From the human T2T-CHM13v2.0 reference genome, Homo sapiens, in NCBI RefSeq assembly GCF_009914755.1, contig NC_060935.1: a DNA stretch of 64,000 nt. One strand, given 5' to 3'. Of this stretch, positions 1 to 15,498 are shown in pieces. Made by a program: the position numbers and the translations under genes. How positions within the stretch are numbered: the first letter of the stretch is position 1; each line of letters opens with the position of its first letter. The notes beneath the pieces were generated by a model. The model saw nothing but the letters and a program-made list of their open reading frames with translations, searched no databases and was not told the DNA's origin.

Positions 1-1422
1 ACTTCTCTTCTTGCTTCATTTCATTCATTTCATCTTCCATCAATGATACCCTTTCTTCCAGTTGATTGCATCGGCTACTGAGGCTTCTGCATTCATCACA
101 TAGTTCTCGTGCCTTGGTTTTCAGTTCCATCAGGTCCTTTAAGGACTTCTCTGCATTGGTTATTCTAGTTATCCATTCATCCAATTTTTTCTCAAAGTTT
201 TTAACTTCTTTGCCATTGGTTCGAATTTCCTCCTGTAGCTCGGAGTAGTTTGATCTTCTGAAGCCTTCTTCTCTCAACTCATCAAAGTCATTCTCCATCC
301 AGCTTTGTTCCATTGCTGGTGAGGAGCTGCGTTTCTTTGGAGGAGGAGAGGCACTCTGATTTTTAGAGTTCCAGTTTTTCTGCTCTGTTTTTTCCCCGTC
401 TTTGTGGTTTTATCTACTTTTGGTCTTTGATGTTGGTGACGTACAGATGGGTTTTTGGTGTGGGTGTCCTTCCTGTTTGTTAGTTTTCCTTCTAACAGAC
501 AGGACCCTCAGCTGCAGGTCTGTTGGAGTTTGCTAGAGGTCCTCTCCACACCCTGTTTGCCTGGGTATCAGGAGCGGTGGCTGCAGAACAGCGGATATTG
601 GTGAACCACAAATGCTGCTGCCTGATTGTTCCTCTGGATGTTTTGTCTCAGAGGAGTACCCGGCTGTGTGAAGTGTCAGTCCACCCCTACTGGGGGGTGC
701 CTTCCAGTTAGGCTACTTGGGGGTCAGGGACCCACTTGAGGAGGCAGTCTGCCCGTTCTCAGATCTCAAGCTGCATGCTGAGAGAACAACTACTCTCTTC
801 AAAGCTGTCAGACAGGGACATTTAAGTCTGCAGAGGTTACTGCTGTCTTTTTGTTTGTCTGTGCCCTGCCCCCAGAGGTGGAGCCTACAGAGGCAGGCAG
901 GCCTCCTTGAGCTGTGGTGGGCTCCACCCAGTTCGAGCTTCCAGGCCACTTTGTTTACCTAATTAAGTCTCGGCAATGGCGGGTGCCCCTCCCCCAGCCT
1001 CGCTGCTGACTTGCAGTTTGATCTCAGACTGCTGTACTAGCAATGAGTGAGACTCTGTTGGTATAGGACCCTCTGAGCCAGGTGCGGGATATTATCTCTT
1101 GGTGTGCCATTTTTTTAAGTCTGTTGGGAAAGCACAGTATTAGGGTGGGAGTGACCCGATTTTCCAAGTGCCGTCTGTCACCCCTTTCTTTGACTAGGAA
1201 AGGGAATTCCCTTACCCCTTGCACTTCCTGGGTGAGGTGATGCCTCACCCTGCTTCAGCTCATGCACAGTGCACTGCACCCATTGTCCTGCACCCGCTGT
1301 CTGGCACACCCCAGTGAGATGAACCCGGTACCTCAGTTGGAAATGCAGAAATCACCCGTATTCTGTGTCACTCACGCTGGGAGCTGTAGACCAGAGCTTT
1401 TCCTATTCGATCATCTTGGCTC
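1..1422 (-). mobile_element. L1PA (about L1PA4) 5' end: 5'UTR and start of ORF1; continues off the left edge
   Basis: Reverse complement of the L1 5'UTR ending cctattcgatcatcttggctcc. ORF1 start is mutated (ACG at 397-399). Retains the ~129-bp 5'UTR segment (~530-660) absent from younger L1s. Confidence 0.92.
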
Positions 1423-1429
1423 CTATCCT

Positions 1430-1888
1430 GGAAATTGAGTCTATCACCTTTTAAATGTCTGAATAGGAAACATTTGTCATTTATTGTCTCTAAGGACCGC
1501 CACTATGAGATTTCAAAAGAATCTTGGTCTCTGCAATCTTTTATCTTAATGGCAACATTTCCTTTCTGTTGATCCCATGTCTTTAGACAAATTCAACCAA
1601 TTGTCAATCAGAAAATGTTTAAATTTACGTATAGCCTGGAATCCCCCTGTCCCCCCACCCCCACTTTGAGTTGCATACCTTTCTGAACCAAACCAATGTA
1701 TTTCTTAAATGTATTTGATTGATGTTTTATGCCTCCCTAAAATGTATAAAACCAAACTGAACCCTGACCAGCTAGGACACGTGTTCTCAGGACCTCCTGA
1801 GGGCTGTGTCATGGGCCATGGTCACTCATATTTGACTCAGAATAAATATCTTCAAATATTTTACAGAGTTTGATTCTTTTTGTTGACA
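1430..1888 (+). mobile_element. MER4-group LTR (ERV1), 3' part
   Basis: Typical MER4 end: caggacctcctgagggctgtgtcatgggccatggtcactcatattt...cagagtttgattctttttgttgaca. Confidence 0.8.
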
Positions 1889-1889
1889 G

Positions 1890-2285
1890 TAATTTATATA
1901 TATATATACATGAAAACAGGTTTATTTGGGTTATGGTTCTGTAGGGTGTACAGGAAGCATGGCACCAGCATCTGCTTCTGTTGAGGGCTCCTGGCTGCTT
2001 CCACCATGGCCAAAGGGAAAGGGGAGCCAGCATGTATGGAGGTCACATGGCAAGAGAATGGAAGCAAGAGATACAGGGGAGGAGGTGCCAAGCTCTTTTC
2101 AACAACCAGTTCTCACAGAAACTAAGACAGAACTCACTCACTCTCATGGGAATGGCACCAAGCCATTCATTAGAAATCTGCCCCATGACCCAGACGCCTC
2201 TTACCAAACCCCAGCTCCAACACTGGGAATCAAATTTCAACATGGGACTTGATGGGGTCTAGCAAATCATATCCAAATCATAGTA
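1890..2285 (-). mobile_element. MST-family MaLR LTR (MSTB-like)
   Basis: ggttctgtagggtgtacaggaagcatggcaccagcatctgcttctg...catatccaaatcatagta matches a reverse-strand MST LTR. Confidence 0.75.
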
Positions 2286-2929
2286 CAGGTTCCCCCAGTA
2301 ATATCTGAGGGTACCATCATTCCCTGCTGTACCAACAATGGATATTATCAACTTTTATATTTTTGTCAAACTAATAAAGATAGTAAAAATAAAGATGTAT
2401 TTTAAAGCAATTTATTTTACCTGACTATGAGTTGAGAATTTTTTCATATTTTATTGGCCATATATTTTCTTCTTTGAATTATCTTTTCATAAGCTTTGGT
2501 TGTTGACCTTTTCCTTGTTGATTTATAGAAGATAATATACAGTATGGGTTATGATTCCTCATTCTCCTTTGTTGATTTGGGCCCATATTGGCTATACAAC
2601 ACTCGGAGTCTCAGTCATGTTCTCCATATGGCCCTTGGTTTACAGTGTTGGTCTCTCAGTGCCTGTGGTAGGGTATTCTCACCATTGTTGCCCTCCTGGA
2701 AGATTCCCTGACTCTCAACTTAGCCACCCTTCACTTTCCTGATAAGGGATAACAAGAATTAATGGATACTTGCATGTCACATGGATGTGCTATACATTTT
2801 ACTTACTATTTTACTATATTTTGTATCTATCACTGTACCAATACTTCCCTTATTTCATTATTATAATTTTTAATATGTTTTGATATTTACTTCTTATCTT
2901 TTTCCATTAAAAAGAAAGTTTGTGAAGGC

Positions 2930-5565
<2,636 letters not shown>

Positions 5566-5895
5566 TTACAAACTTTTTCCCCTGGATTTTGAATATATCA
5601 ACCCATTCCCTTCCAGCTTGTAAGATTTCTGCTAAAAAAATTTGCTGATAATCTGATGGAGATACCCTTGTATGTAACAATTTACTTTTCCCTTGCTGCT
5701 TTCAAAACTCTTTAAATTTGACAATTTGATTATGTTGTGTCTTCATGTGGATCTTTTTATATTCCTCTTGTTTGGTGTCCTTTGGGTTTCCTGGATCTGG
5801 ATTTCTATTTCCTTCCAAGGCTACTTTTTGCCATTATGTTTTTGAAAGTTTTCTGTCCCTTTCTCTCTCTTTCCTTCTGGTACATCAATAATATG

Positions 5896-6265
5896 TGATA
5901 TGGTTTGGCTGTGTGTTCTCATCCAAATCTCATGTTGAATTGTAATCCCCAATGTTGAGGAAGGAACCTGGTGGGAGGTGATTGGATCATGGGGGTGGAT
6001 TTTTCCTTTGCTGTTCTTATGATCATGAGTGAGTTCTCATGAGATCTGGTGGTTCAAAAGTGTGTAGCACTTTCCCCTTCATTCTCTCTCTTTCTCCTGC
6101 TGACATGTGAAGATGTGCTTGCTTCCCCTTCACTTTTCCACCATGATTGTAAGTTTCCTGAGGCCTGTACAGCTTGTGGAACTGTGAGTCAATTAAACGT
6201 CTTTTCTTTATAAATTATGCAGTCTCAGGTAATTCTTTATAGCACTGTGAGAATGAACTAATACA
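5896..6265 (+). mobile_element. MSTA MaLR LTR
   Basis: tgatatggtttggctg...gaactaataca termini; degenerate 5-bp TSD atatg/acacg. Confidence 0.85.
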
Positions 6266-7201
6266 ACACGTATGTTGTTATGTTTGATGGTGTCCCATAA
6301 ATCCCTTAAACTATCCTCACTCTTTTTCATTTTTTTTCTGCTCAGATGGTATGATTTCCATTGACCTATTTTTGAGTTTACCGATCTTTTTTTTTGCCTG
6401 ATGTGGTTTGCTGTTGAACCTCTCTATTGAATCTCTACGTTCAATGATAATATTCTTCAGCTCTATGATTCTGTGTGTTACTTTAAAAATACTTCCAATC
6501 TTTTTGTTAAAATCTTAATTTTGTTCTTGAATTGCTTTTCTGACCTCGGTCAGCATCTTTATGATTATTTTGAATTTGCTGTCAGGTAAATCACATATCT
6601 CCACTTCACATGGTTGGTTTCTGGAGTTCTGTTTTTTTTTTGCTTGAAATATATTCCCCTGTTTCTTCATTTTCCTTGACTCTTTGTATTGGTTCCTGTG
6701 CATTAGAGAAGACAACTACCTCTCCCAGTCTTGTCAGACTAGCCTTATGTGGGAGAAGAATCTCATCAATCTGTTGGACTAGAAATCTTGAGATGACACT
6801 CAAATCTTTGTGTTTGTCTGGTAGAATGTGCCATGTTGTGTCAGTACCCCAACACTGGTAAGGTAGGAGCTAGACTTTCTAGATATAGCCACAAAGATTA
6901 GGGTGTTGGATGCATGTTCAAGTTTATTTTATCTTCATGGTGAAGCTGAACATGGGCATTTATCTCCTATTCTCTCTGCACTAAGCTGAGGAGGGGATTT
7001 GTACCAAAAGCCTGTGCTCATGTCCAGGCTGCACTCTCTAATCCTGGGGAGATAGCTGCTACAAGTGAGCTAATTGCATGTCTACCTGTTTGTTTTCTGT
7101 CATCTAGGTCCATTCAGAAATGCAAAGCCTCATCAAGTCTGAGATCCATGGTCATTAAGGAGACAGTCCCTTGGGTGGGAGCTATAGAAATTGTGGCGCT
7201 T

Positions 7202-7658
<457 letters not shown>

Positions 7659-7841
7659 TTAGCACCCTGCTGCAAATACCTACCTTAGAAGCCAGGCTGT
7701 CAAGTTGCCATTGGAAGTGTATGCTGTAAGCACTTTCCAGAGAGAAAATAGAAACTGAATGTTCCTGTCTCTTTTCTGCACAACTTCTTGGGGATGTAGA
7801 GTTTGGAAGTGTTTGCATGCCCCTTTAAAACTGCCTCTCCT

Positions 7842-7968
7842 GGCTAGGCACAGTGGCTCACACCTGTAATCTCAGCACTTTGGGAGGCTGAGGCAGGGGG
7901 ATCGCTTGAGCCCAGGAGTTTGAGACCAGCCTGGGTCTCGAAGTAGAACCTCATCTCAAATAAATAAA
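7842..7968 (+). mobile_element. FLAM (free left Alu monomer)
   Basis: Single monomer flanked by TSD taaaactgcct. Confidence 0.8.
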
Positions 7969-8185
7969 ACTGCCTATTCGGTCTGTGATTTAGGGAGACT
8001 TGTGTATGCTCTGTTCCCAGAGCTGAGAGGTTTAGGTTAGAGTCCTTTAGGAGGTAGCTATAAAAGTTGGGGAACTTGATGTATGGCATAAACCCCTTCC
8101 AGAGAGAAACAGGACCTACTTAATTTTTTTTTAGATCCTTTGCTTTATGTTCATTATGTACATTCTTTTAAAAAAATATTCACAA

Positions 8186-9169
8186 CTTTTTTTATTTCAA
8201 TAGTTTTGGGGGAACAGGTGGTTTTTGTTTACATGAATAAGTTCTTTAGTGGTGATTTCTGAGATTTTGGTGCACCCATCACTTCAGCAGTGTACTCTCT
8301 ATCCAACGTATAGTCTTTTATCCCTTACCCCCTTCCATCCTTCCCCTTGGGTCATCAGATGCCATTATATCATTCTTATGCCTTTACATCCTCACAACTG
8401 AGCTCCCACTTATAAATGAAAGCATACAATGTTTGATTTTCCATTCCTGAGTTATTTCATTTAGAATAATGCTCTCTAACTCTATCCAGGTTGCTGCAAA
8501 TGCCATTATTTTATTCCTTTTTATGGCTGAGTAGTATTCGGTGATGTATATCCCATTTATTATATATAGCCAGTTCTTTATCCAGTCGTTGGTTGATGGG
8601 CATTTAGGTCGGTTCCATATGTGTGTGTGTGTGTGTATATATATATCCCACTTATTATATATATCCCATTCTTTATCCAGTCATTGGTTGATGGGCATAT
8701 AGGCTGGTTCCACATATATATATACATATATATATGTGTGTGTGTGTGTATACATATATATACACACATAAGTGTATATATACGTACATATATACACACA
8801 TATATACACACATATATACACGTACATATATACACACATATATACACGTACATATATACACGTACATATATACACGCATATATACACGTACATATATACA
8901 CGTACATATATACACGCATATATACACGTACATATATACACATATGTATATACACATATATACACGTACGTATATACACATATATGTAAATATATACACA
9001 TATATACACGTATGTATATACACATATATATACACACATAGGTATATACACACATATATACACATACGTATATACACATATATATACACATATATGTGTG
9101 TATGTGTTATATGTATATACCTCCCATTCTTTATCCATTTGTTGGTTGATGGGCATGTAGACTGGCTCC

Positions 9170-9203
<34 letters not shown>

Positions 9204-9552
9204 CTTTGTATGTTATATATGTATATATCTCCCATTCTTTATCCATTCGTTGGTTGATGGGCATTTAGGCTGGTTCCATATTTTTGCAATTGTGAATTAT
9301 GCTGTTATAAACATGTGTGTGCAAGTGTCTTTGTCTTTTTCATATAATGGCTTTTTCCTCCAGGTAGATACCCAGTGGTGGGATTGCTAAATCAAATGGT
9401 AGTTCTACTTTTAGTTCTTTAAAACATTTTCTTACTGTTTTCCATAGTGGTTGTACTAGGTTACATTCCCATCAACAGTGTAAAATTGTTCCCTTTTCAC
9501 CACATCTGTGCTAACATCTATTGTTTTTTAATTTTTAAACTTTGGCCATTCT
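8186..9552 (-). mobile_element. L1PB 3' end containing a compound tandem repeat
   Basis: L1PB 3'UTR signature (tttcaatagttttgggggaacaggtggttttt...ttctttagtggtgatttctgagattttggtgcaccc). Confidence 0.85.
8545..9280. repeat. Compound VNTR: four ~48-bp L1-derived units separated by TA/CA/TG tracts, including a ~350-bp CATATATACACG-type tract
   Basis: ttctttatcca..ttggttgatgggcat..ag..ggttcca recurs at ~8574, 8669, 9127 and 9235. Confidence 0.9.
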
Positions 9553-12500
9553 CCACCCAACACAAAACTAGTGCAATACAACAAGGACTACAATAAAGGA
9601 CCCTCACAGAGTCCTCTTCATTCCCCTGTTACCTCCACTGGAGCAGGTGCTGGTATTCATGGCAGAGAGACCTGAAGACAGTTCATATCACAGAAGTATG
9701 TGCAGACACTCCCTAGTACCAATCTGGAGCCCAGTAGCTCTAATGAGTGGCTAGATCCAGAAGAGAAATAAAAATCACTACAATTTGGCTCTCAGGAAGC
9801 CACATCCCTAGGGGAATGGAGAGAGCACCATATCAAGGGAGCACCCCATGAGACAAAATAATCTGAACACCAGTCCTTGAGCCCTAGATCTTCCCTCTGA
9901 AATAATCTACCAAAATGAAAAGTAGCCAGAAAAACAATTTTGGTAATATGACAAAAAAGGTTCTTTAACACACCCAGAAGATTACACTAGCTCACCAGCA
10001 ATGAATCCAAACCAAGAAGAAATCTTTGAATTGCCAGAAAAAGAATTCAGAAAGGTGATTATGAAGCTAATCAAGGAGGCACCAGAGAAAGGTGAAGTCC
10101 AACTTAAAGAAATAAAAAAAATTATACAAGATATGAAGGGAAAAATCTTCAGTGAAATGGATATAATAAATAAGAAACAATCACAGCTCCTGGAAGTGAA
10201 GGACACACTTAGAAAAATGCAAAATACACTGGAAAATCTCAGCAATAGAATTGAACAAAGTAGAAGAAAGAACTTCAGAACTCAAAGATAAGGCTTTCAA
10301 GTTAACCCAAGAAAAACAATAACAACAACAATAAAGAATTTAAAAAATGGACAAAGTCTCCAAGAAGTTTGGGATTATGTTAAATGACCAAACCTAACAA
10401 TAACGGGTGTTCCCAAGGAAGAAGAGAAATTTAAAAGTTTGGAAAACATATTTGAGGAAATAATCAAAGAAAACCTTCCCAGTCTTGCTAGAGATCTAGA
10501 CTTCCAAATACAAGAAGCTCAAACATCAACTGGGAAATTCATCACAAAAAATCATTGCCTAGGGACATAGTCATCAGGTTATCTAAAGTCAAGATGAAGG
10601 AAAGAATCTTAAGAGCCGTGAGGCAAAAGCATCAGGTAACCTGTAAAGAAAAACCTATCAGATTAACTGATTTCTGCAGAAATCCTACAAGTGAGAAAAG
10701 ATTGGGATCCTATATTCAGCCTCCTTAAACAAAATAATTATCAACCAAGAATTTTGTATCCAGTAGAACTCAGCTTCATAAATGAAGGAAAGATACAGTC
10801 TTTTTCAGACAACCAAATGCTGAGAGAATTTGCCACTACCAATCCAGCACTACAAGAACTGCTAAAAGGAACACTAAATCTTAGAAAAAAATCCTTGAAA
10901 TACACCAAAATAGAAACTCCTTAATGCATAAACTTCACAAGACCTATAAAACAAAAACACAGTGAAAAAAACCCACAATGTATTCAGGCAACAAATAGCC
11001 CAAGGAATATAATAGTACCTCACATCTCAATAATGATGTTGAAAGTAAATGGCCTAAATACTCCACTTAAAAGACACAGAATGGTGGAATGGATAAGAAT
11101 TCACTAACCAAGTATCTGCTGTCTTCAAGAGACTAACCTAACACATAAGGACTCTGATATGGTTTGGCTGTGCCTCTACCAAAATCTCATCTTGAATTGT
11201 AGCTCCCATAATTCCCACTTGTTGTGGGAGGGACCCAGTGGAGATAATTGAATCATGGGGGTGGTTTCCCCCACACTGTTCTCATGGTAGTGAATAAGTC
11301 TCATGAGGTCTGATGGTTTTATAAATGGGAGTTCCCCTGCACAAGGTTTTTGCCTATTGTCAGGTGAGACATGACTTCATTCCTCCTTTGCCTTCTGCCA
11401 TGATTGTGAGGCCTTCCCAGCCATGTGGAACTGTGTCAATTAAACCTCTTTTCTTTATAAATTACCCAGTCTTGGATATGTCTTTATTAGCAGCTTGAGA
11501 ACAGACTAATACAGACTCACATAAACTTAAGGTAAAGGGGTGGAAAAAGATATTCCATGCAACTGGACACTGAAAGCAATCACAAGTAGCTATTCTTATA
11601 CCAGACAAAATGAACTTTAAAGCAATAACAATTTAAAAAGACAAAGAGGAACATTATATGATAATAAAAGGCCTTGTCCAAAAGGAAAATATCGTAATCC
11701 TAAATATATATGCACCTAACACTGGAGCTCCCAAATTTATAGAACAATTATTACTAGACCTAGGAAATGAGATAGACAGCAACACAATAATAGTGGGGGC
11801 TTCCTTACTCTACTGACAGCAGTAGACAGGTCATCAAGACAGAAAGCCAACAGAGAAACAATGGATTTAAACTATACCTTAGAACAAATTGTCTTAACAG
11901 ATATCTACAGAACATTCTACCCAACAACTGCCAAATATACAGTCTATTCAGTAACACATGGCACATTCTCCAAGAAATAACATATAATAGGCCACTAAAC
12001 AAGTCTCAATAAATTTAAGAAAATTGAAATTATATCAAGTATTCTCTGAGACCACAGTAGAATAAAATTGGAAATCAACTCCAAAAGGAGTGTTCAAAAC
12101 AATGCAAATTCATGGAAATTAAATAATTTGCTCCTGAATGACTGTTGGGTCAGCCATGAAATCAAGATGAAAATGAAAAATTCTTTGAACTCAATGATAA
12201 TAGTGACACAACCTATCAAAACCTCTGGGATACAGCAAAAGCAGTGCTAAGAGGAAAGATCATAGCCTTAAATGCCTGCATCAAAAAGTCTGAGAAAGCC
12301 TATATAGACAATCTAAGGCTACACCTCAAGGAACTAGAGAAACAAGAACAAGCCAAACTTAAACCCAGCAGAAGAAAAGAAATAACAAAGATCAGAGCAG
12401 AACTAAATGAAATTGAAACAAAAATAATACAAAAGATAAATGAAACATAAAGCTGGTTCTGTGAAAATATAAATAAAATTCATAGACCATTAGTTAGATT

Positions 12501-13068
12501 AACAAAGAGAAGAAGAGAGAAGATCCAAATAATCTCAATTAGAAACAAAGCAGGAGATATTACAACCAATATCACATGAACACCTTAATGCACATAAACT
12601 AGAAAACCTAGAGGAGATGGATAAATTCCTGGAAATATACAACCCTCCTACATTAAACCAGAAAGAAATAGAAACCAGTACAGACCAATAACAAGCAGAA
12701 AGACTGAAATGGTAATTAAAAAATTGTCAACAAAAAAGAAGTCCACGATCAAATGGATTCATAGCTGAATTCTATCAGGCATTCAAAGAAGAATTGGTAC
12801 CAATCTTATTGACACTATTCTACAAGATAGAGAAAGAGGGAATCATCTCTAAGTCATTCTATAAAGCCAGTATCACCCTAATACCAAAACCAGGAAATGA
12901 TATAACAAAAAAAGAAATGTGCAGACCAATATATCTGATGAATATAGATGCAAAAATCCTCAACAAAATACTAGCTAACTGAATCCAACAGAATATCAAA
13001 AAGATAATTTGCCATGATCAAGTGAGTTTCATACCAGGGATTCAGGGATGTTTTAACATATGCAAGCC
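9553..13068 (+). mobile_element. L1PB 5' half (partial 5'UTR, ORF1, ORF2 up to RT start); decayed, no 3' end
   Basis: ORF1-like translations at 10001-10291 and 10691-10924; ORF2-like at 12068-12982. Confidence 0.88.
11155..11513 (+). mobile_element. THE1 (B/C) solo LTR inserted in L1PB
   Basis: tgatatggtttggctgtg...cagactaataca with perfect 5-bp TSD GACTC (11150-11154 / 11514-11518). Confidence 0.92.
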
Positions 13069-13071
13069 AAG

Positions 13072-15498
13072 TAAGTGTTTGGCTTCATTTCTGGGTTTTC
13101 TATTCTGTTCCATTAGGTTATGTGCCTATTTTTATACCAGTACCATGCTGTTTTGGTAACTATAGCCTGTGGTACAGTTTGAAGCTGGGTAATGTGATGC
13201 CTCTAGATTTGTTTTTTTGCTTAGTCTTGCTTTGGATATGTGGGCTCTTTTTGGATTTCATATGAATTTTAGGATTGTTTTTTCTAGTTCTGTGAAGAAT
13301 GATGGTGGTGTTTTGATAGGAATTTTATTGAATTTTTAGATTGCTTTTGGAAATATAATAATTTTCACAATATTGATTCTATCCATCCATGAGCATGGGA
13401 TGTGTTTCCATTTGTTTGTGTTGTCAATGATTTCAGCAGTGTTTTGTAGTTTTCCTTGCAGCGGTCTTTCACTTCCTTGGTTAGGTATATTTATAAGTTA
13501 AAATACTTATAAAATTTTTTTGCAGCTATTGTAAAGGGGTTGAATTCTTCACTTGGGTCTCAGCTTGGCCATTGTTTTATAGCAGCCTACTGATTTGTGT
13601 ACAAACTCATTTTGTGTCCTGAAACTTTGCTGAATTCATTTATTGGATTCAGGAGCTTTTTGGTGAAATCTTTAGGACTCTTTTCTTTTCTTTCTCAGAG
13701 TCTTGCTCTGTCACCCAGGCTGGAGTGCAGTGGTGAAATCTAGGCTCACTACAATTTCCACCTCCTGGGTTTGAACAATTCTCTTGTATCAGCCTCCTGA
13801 GTAGCTAGGACTACAGGCACCTGCCACCATGCCTGGCTAATTTTTGTATTTTTAGTAGAGACGGGGTTTCACCGTGTTGGCCAGGCTCGTCTTGACCTCC
13901 TGAATGCAAGTCATCTGCTTGTCTCAGCCTCCCAAAGTGCTGGGATTACAGGCATGAGCCTGACTGACTATTTTTAGGGTTTTCTAGGTATACAATTATT
14001 TCACTGGTGAACAGCAACAGTTTGGCTTTCTCTTTACTGGTTTGAATACCCTTTATTTCTTCCTCTTGTTTGATTGCTCTGGCTAGGGCTTCCAGTACTA
14101 TGTTGAATAGTAGTGAAAGTTGGCATCCTTGTCTTGTTCCAGTTCTCAGGGGGAATGCTTTCAACTTTTCCTCATTCAATATAATGCTGGTTGTGGGTTT
14201 GTCATAGATGGCTTTTATTACTTTGAGGTCTGTCCTTTCTATGCCAATTTCACTGAGGGTTTTAATCATAAAGCAATGCTGGATGTTGTCAAATGCTTTT
14301 TCTTCATCAATTGAGATGATCATATGATTTTTGCTTTTAATTCTGTTTATGTGATGCATCACATTTATTGACTTGTGTATGTAAACTAACCCTGCATTCT
14401 TGGTGTGAAACCCACTTGATCATGGTGAGTTATCTTTTTGATATGATGTTGGATTTGGTTAGCTAGTATTTTGTTGAGGATTTTTGCATTTATGTTAATC
14501 AAAAATGTTGGTCTGTAGTTTTCTTTTTTTGTTATGTCCTTTCCTGGTTTTGGTATTAGGGCTTCATAGGATGATTTAGGGAGGGTTCCCTCTTTCTCTA
14601 TCTTGTGGAATAGTGTCAATAAGATTGGTACAAGTTCTTCTTTAAATATCTGATAGAATTCAGCTGTGAATCCATCTCCTCCTTGACTTTTCTTTTATTG
14701 GCAATTTTTAAATTACTGTTTCAATCTCACTACTTGTTATTGATCTGTTTAGAGTTTCTATTTCCTTCTGGTTTAGTCTAGGAGGATTGTATGTTTCCAG
14801 GAATTTCTCCATCTCTTTTAAGTTTTCTAGTTTGTCCATGTAAGGGTGTTCATAGTGGCCTTGAATAATCTTTTGTGTTGCTGTGGTACTGGATGTTATG
14901 GCTCTTGTTTCATTTCTAATTGAACTTACCTGGATCTTCTCTTTTCTTTTCTTGGTTAATCTCACTAACGGTCTATGAATTTTATTTATCTTTTTTTGTT
15001 TAAATTTCATTTATTTTTGCTCTGATCTTTGTTATTTCTTTTTTTTTTCCTACTAGATGTGGGTTTGGTTTGTTCTTGTTCCTCTAGTTCCTTGAGATGT
15101 GATCTTAGATTGTCTATTTGTGCTCTTTCAGACTTTTTGATGTAGGCATTTAAGGCTATGAACTTTCCTTTTAGCACTGGTTTTGCTGTATCCTAGAGAT
15201 TTTGATAGGTGTGCCACTATTATCATTCAGTTCAAAGAATTTTAAAATTTTCTTCTTGAGCTCATGGCTGACCCAACAGTCATTCAGGAGCAGATTATTT
15301 AATTTCCATGTATTTGTATAATTTTGAGGTTTCCTTTTGGAGTTGATTTCCAATTTTATTCCACTGTGGTCTGAGAGAGTACTTGATATAATTTCAATTT
15401 CCTTAAATTTATTTAGACTTGTGTTGTGGCCTATTGTGTAGTCTGTCTTGGACAATGTGCTGTGCACTGATGAAAAGAATGTATATTTTGCAGTTGTG
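13072..15498 (-). mobile_element. L1PB internal ORF2 fragment
   Basis: Minus-strand ORF2 translations at 13946-14362, 14386-14619, 14708-15010 and 15171-15467. Confidence 0.88.
13681..13968 (-). mobile_element. AluS
   Basis: Reverse Alu dimer inside the L1. Confidence 0.9.

Noticed and set aside
8578-9390. Several long ORFs (up to 228 aa) rich in Y/I/H/T/V/C/M
   Set aside because: Artefacts of stop-free dinucleotide repeats; open in many frames on both strands.
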